Part shown: piece by piece, positions 63,024-64,000 of the stretch | Layout: each line of letters starts with the position of its first letter | Numbering within the stretch: position 1 is the stretch's first letter | From: Terriglobia bacterium | Lineage (GTDB): Bacteria; Acidobacteriota; Terriglobia; 20CM-2-55-15 | Direction: 5' to 3' | Assembly (NCBI GenBank): GCA_963664115.2 | Contig: CAXWPJ010000009.1 | Span: 1,024,001 to 1,088,000, forward strand | DNA length: 64,000 nt | Notes under the pieces: model-generated | Seen by the model: the letters and a program-made list of their open reading frames with translations, nothing else | What the model was told of the DNA's origin: nothing | The model's database searches: none | Made by a program: the position numbers and the translations under genes

Positions 63024-63118
63024 AATAATTTCGCCTCCCCGCATGAGCTTCGCTCGAACCACCGCCGCGGACTATTGCCGGGTAAGCGACGGACCGGCAT
63101 GGCGGGATTCTCATGGAG
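63024..63118 (-). pseudogene. Decayed 3' remnant of a (2Fe-2S) subunit gene
   Basis: Reads LHENPA / CRSVAYPAIVR / AVVRAKLMRG, against LLDENPD...CRCAAYPAIIRTVVDAGKVMRG in the intact gene; frameshifted and deleted. Confidence 0.65.
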
Positions 63119-63215
63119 CGACCTGACCGGCTCCGCTCACTGCACCGGATGATGACATCAGGGAGATCGGCTGATCTCCCTGCCCTTGGATCGGGTTCTA
63201 AGGCGCCCTCGGAGT

Positions 63216-64000
63216 TTACTGCTGCGACGACACGGGTATGTGGATCAGTTCGTCGAACAGCTTCTCATCCGACGGCACGCAGAAATACTCCCAGAGTTCG
63301 GCACTCGGAACCATTTTGATCGTACCTGAGGTTACGAACGGTTCCGTATACATCTTCGGATCATTGATCGTTAACTCGGCCTCAAGCGTGCCGTAATCCA
63401 CCCTCCGGTAGCGCTCCTCGAGGCGCATCTCGCCGCTGGCCCACGCCCTTTCGTCAAAACCGTTGGATTCGATGACGAACGTGTCGTCTTCCCAGTGGCC
63501 CACGTTCCAGCCCAGCCAGTGCAACATGGGGGGCTCTTCAGGAAGTTCCCGCCCGTCCGTCCAGATCGTGCGCCAGGTGTGGCCCCACTCAAAGAACTGC
63601 AGCACCCTGTCAGGTAGCATGACGAACTCGAAACCATAGTTGTATGAGAACAGGCGTGGATACGCCAGGGGGTCGCACGTCCGCAATTCCGGAGTGTTCC
63701 TCGATTCCGGCCGCAGTCCGCCCCGGGCGTCCAGCCACTCTTGTCCCCACTCCGTCAGCGGGGGTGAGTTCCTGAAAGCCCGGCCCACGCCGTCAAAGCC
63801 CCAGACACCGGAAAGATCCTGTGGGTCGAAGTCACGGCCTTCAATCCCATACTCTTCCCAACCGTCCAGCCTGTCCTGGTTGTTCTGGCATCGGGGACAT
63901 TGCTTCCAGCCATCCGGTGGAGGAATCGACGGCTGCACGGCCGTATGATCGACTCGGCTCTCCAGCTGTTCTGCCGTTTCCTGGCTCTCGGCTGGTGCTG
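63216..64000 (-). CDS. Conserved hypothetical protein of the 9214-9930 family, 5'-truncated by the window edge
   Basis: Frame is open to the window end. DLSGVW, CDPLAYPR, WRTIWTDGRELP, GHWEDDTFVIE, DPKMYTEPF. Confidence 0.8.
   Translation of the reverse strand, partial: APAESQETAEQLESRVDHTAVQPSIPPPDGWKQCPRCQNNQDRLDGWEEYGIEGRDFDPQDLSGVWGFDGVGRAFRNSPPLTEWGQEWLDARGGLRPESRNTPELRTCDPLAYPRLFSYNYGFEFVMLPDRVLQFFEWGHTWRTIWTDGRELPEEPPMLHWLGWNVGHWEDDTFVIESNGFDERAWASGEMRLEERYRRVDYGTLEAELTINDPKMYTEPFVTSGTIKMVPSAELWEYFCVPSDEKLFDELIHIPVSSQQ

Noticed and set aside
1-64000. Sec machinery (selA, selB, selD, tRNA-Sec), other tRNA or rRNA genes
   Set aside because: None recognised in this window; they must be sought elsewhere in the genome.

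Overview
GC-rich bacterial DNA whose gene content resembles Acidobacteriota (inference). It is dominated by exported and envelope proteins: four Oar-like TonB-dependent receptors (one broken by two frameshifts), two atypical outer-membrane barrels, secreted hydrolases, a DUF1549/1553-DUF1501-FGE cluster, DUF6152 gene pairs, a two-component system and a PaoABC-like molybdenum hydroxylase with a second orphan Mo subunit. The main result is evidence for hidden selenoproteins. Three paralogous secreted beta-propeller genes (32708-34783, 42058-44274, 53021-55342) are each split by an in-frame TGA at the same motif ([LI]L[VI]PN-TGA-V). Each TGA is followed at the same distance by a 9-bp hairpin with a GGY loop, and one stem position covaries across the copies (G-C, U-A, C-G). 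A MerT/MerF-like membrane protein (24377-24697) has TGA-TGA where that family has its Cys-Cys metal-binding pair, followed by a similar GGC-loop hairpin, and sits upstream of a CxxC HMA-like protein. A 43-aa, 14-Cys metallothionein-like ORF, an internally deleted ISNCY/IS1202-like element and tandem repeats in two promoters were also found. No selA/B/C/D genes are in the window, so Sec decoding is inferred, not shown.
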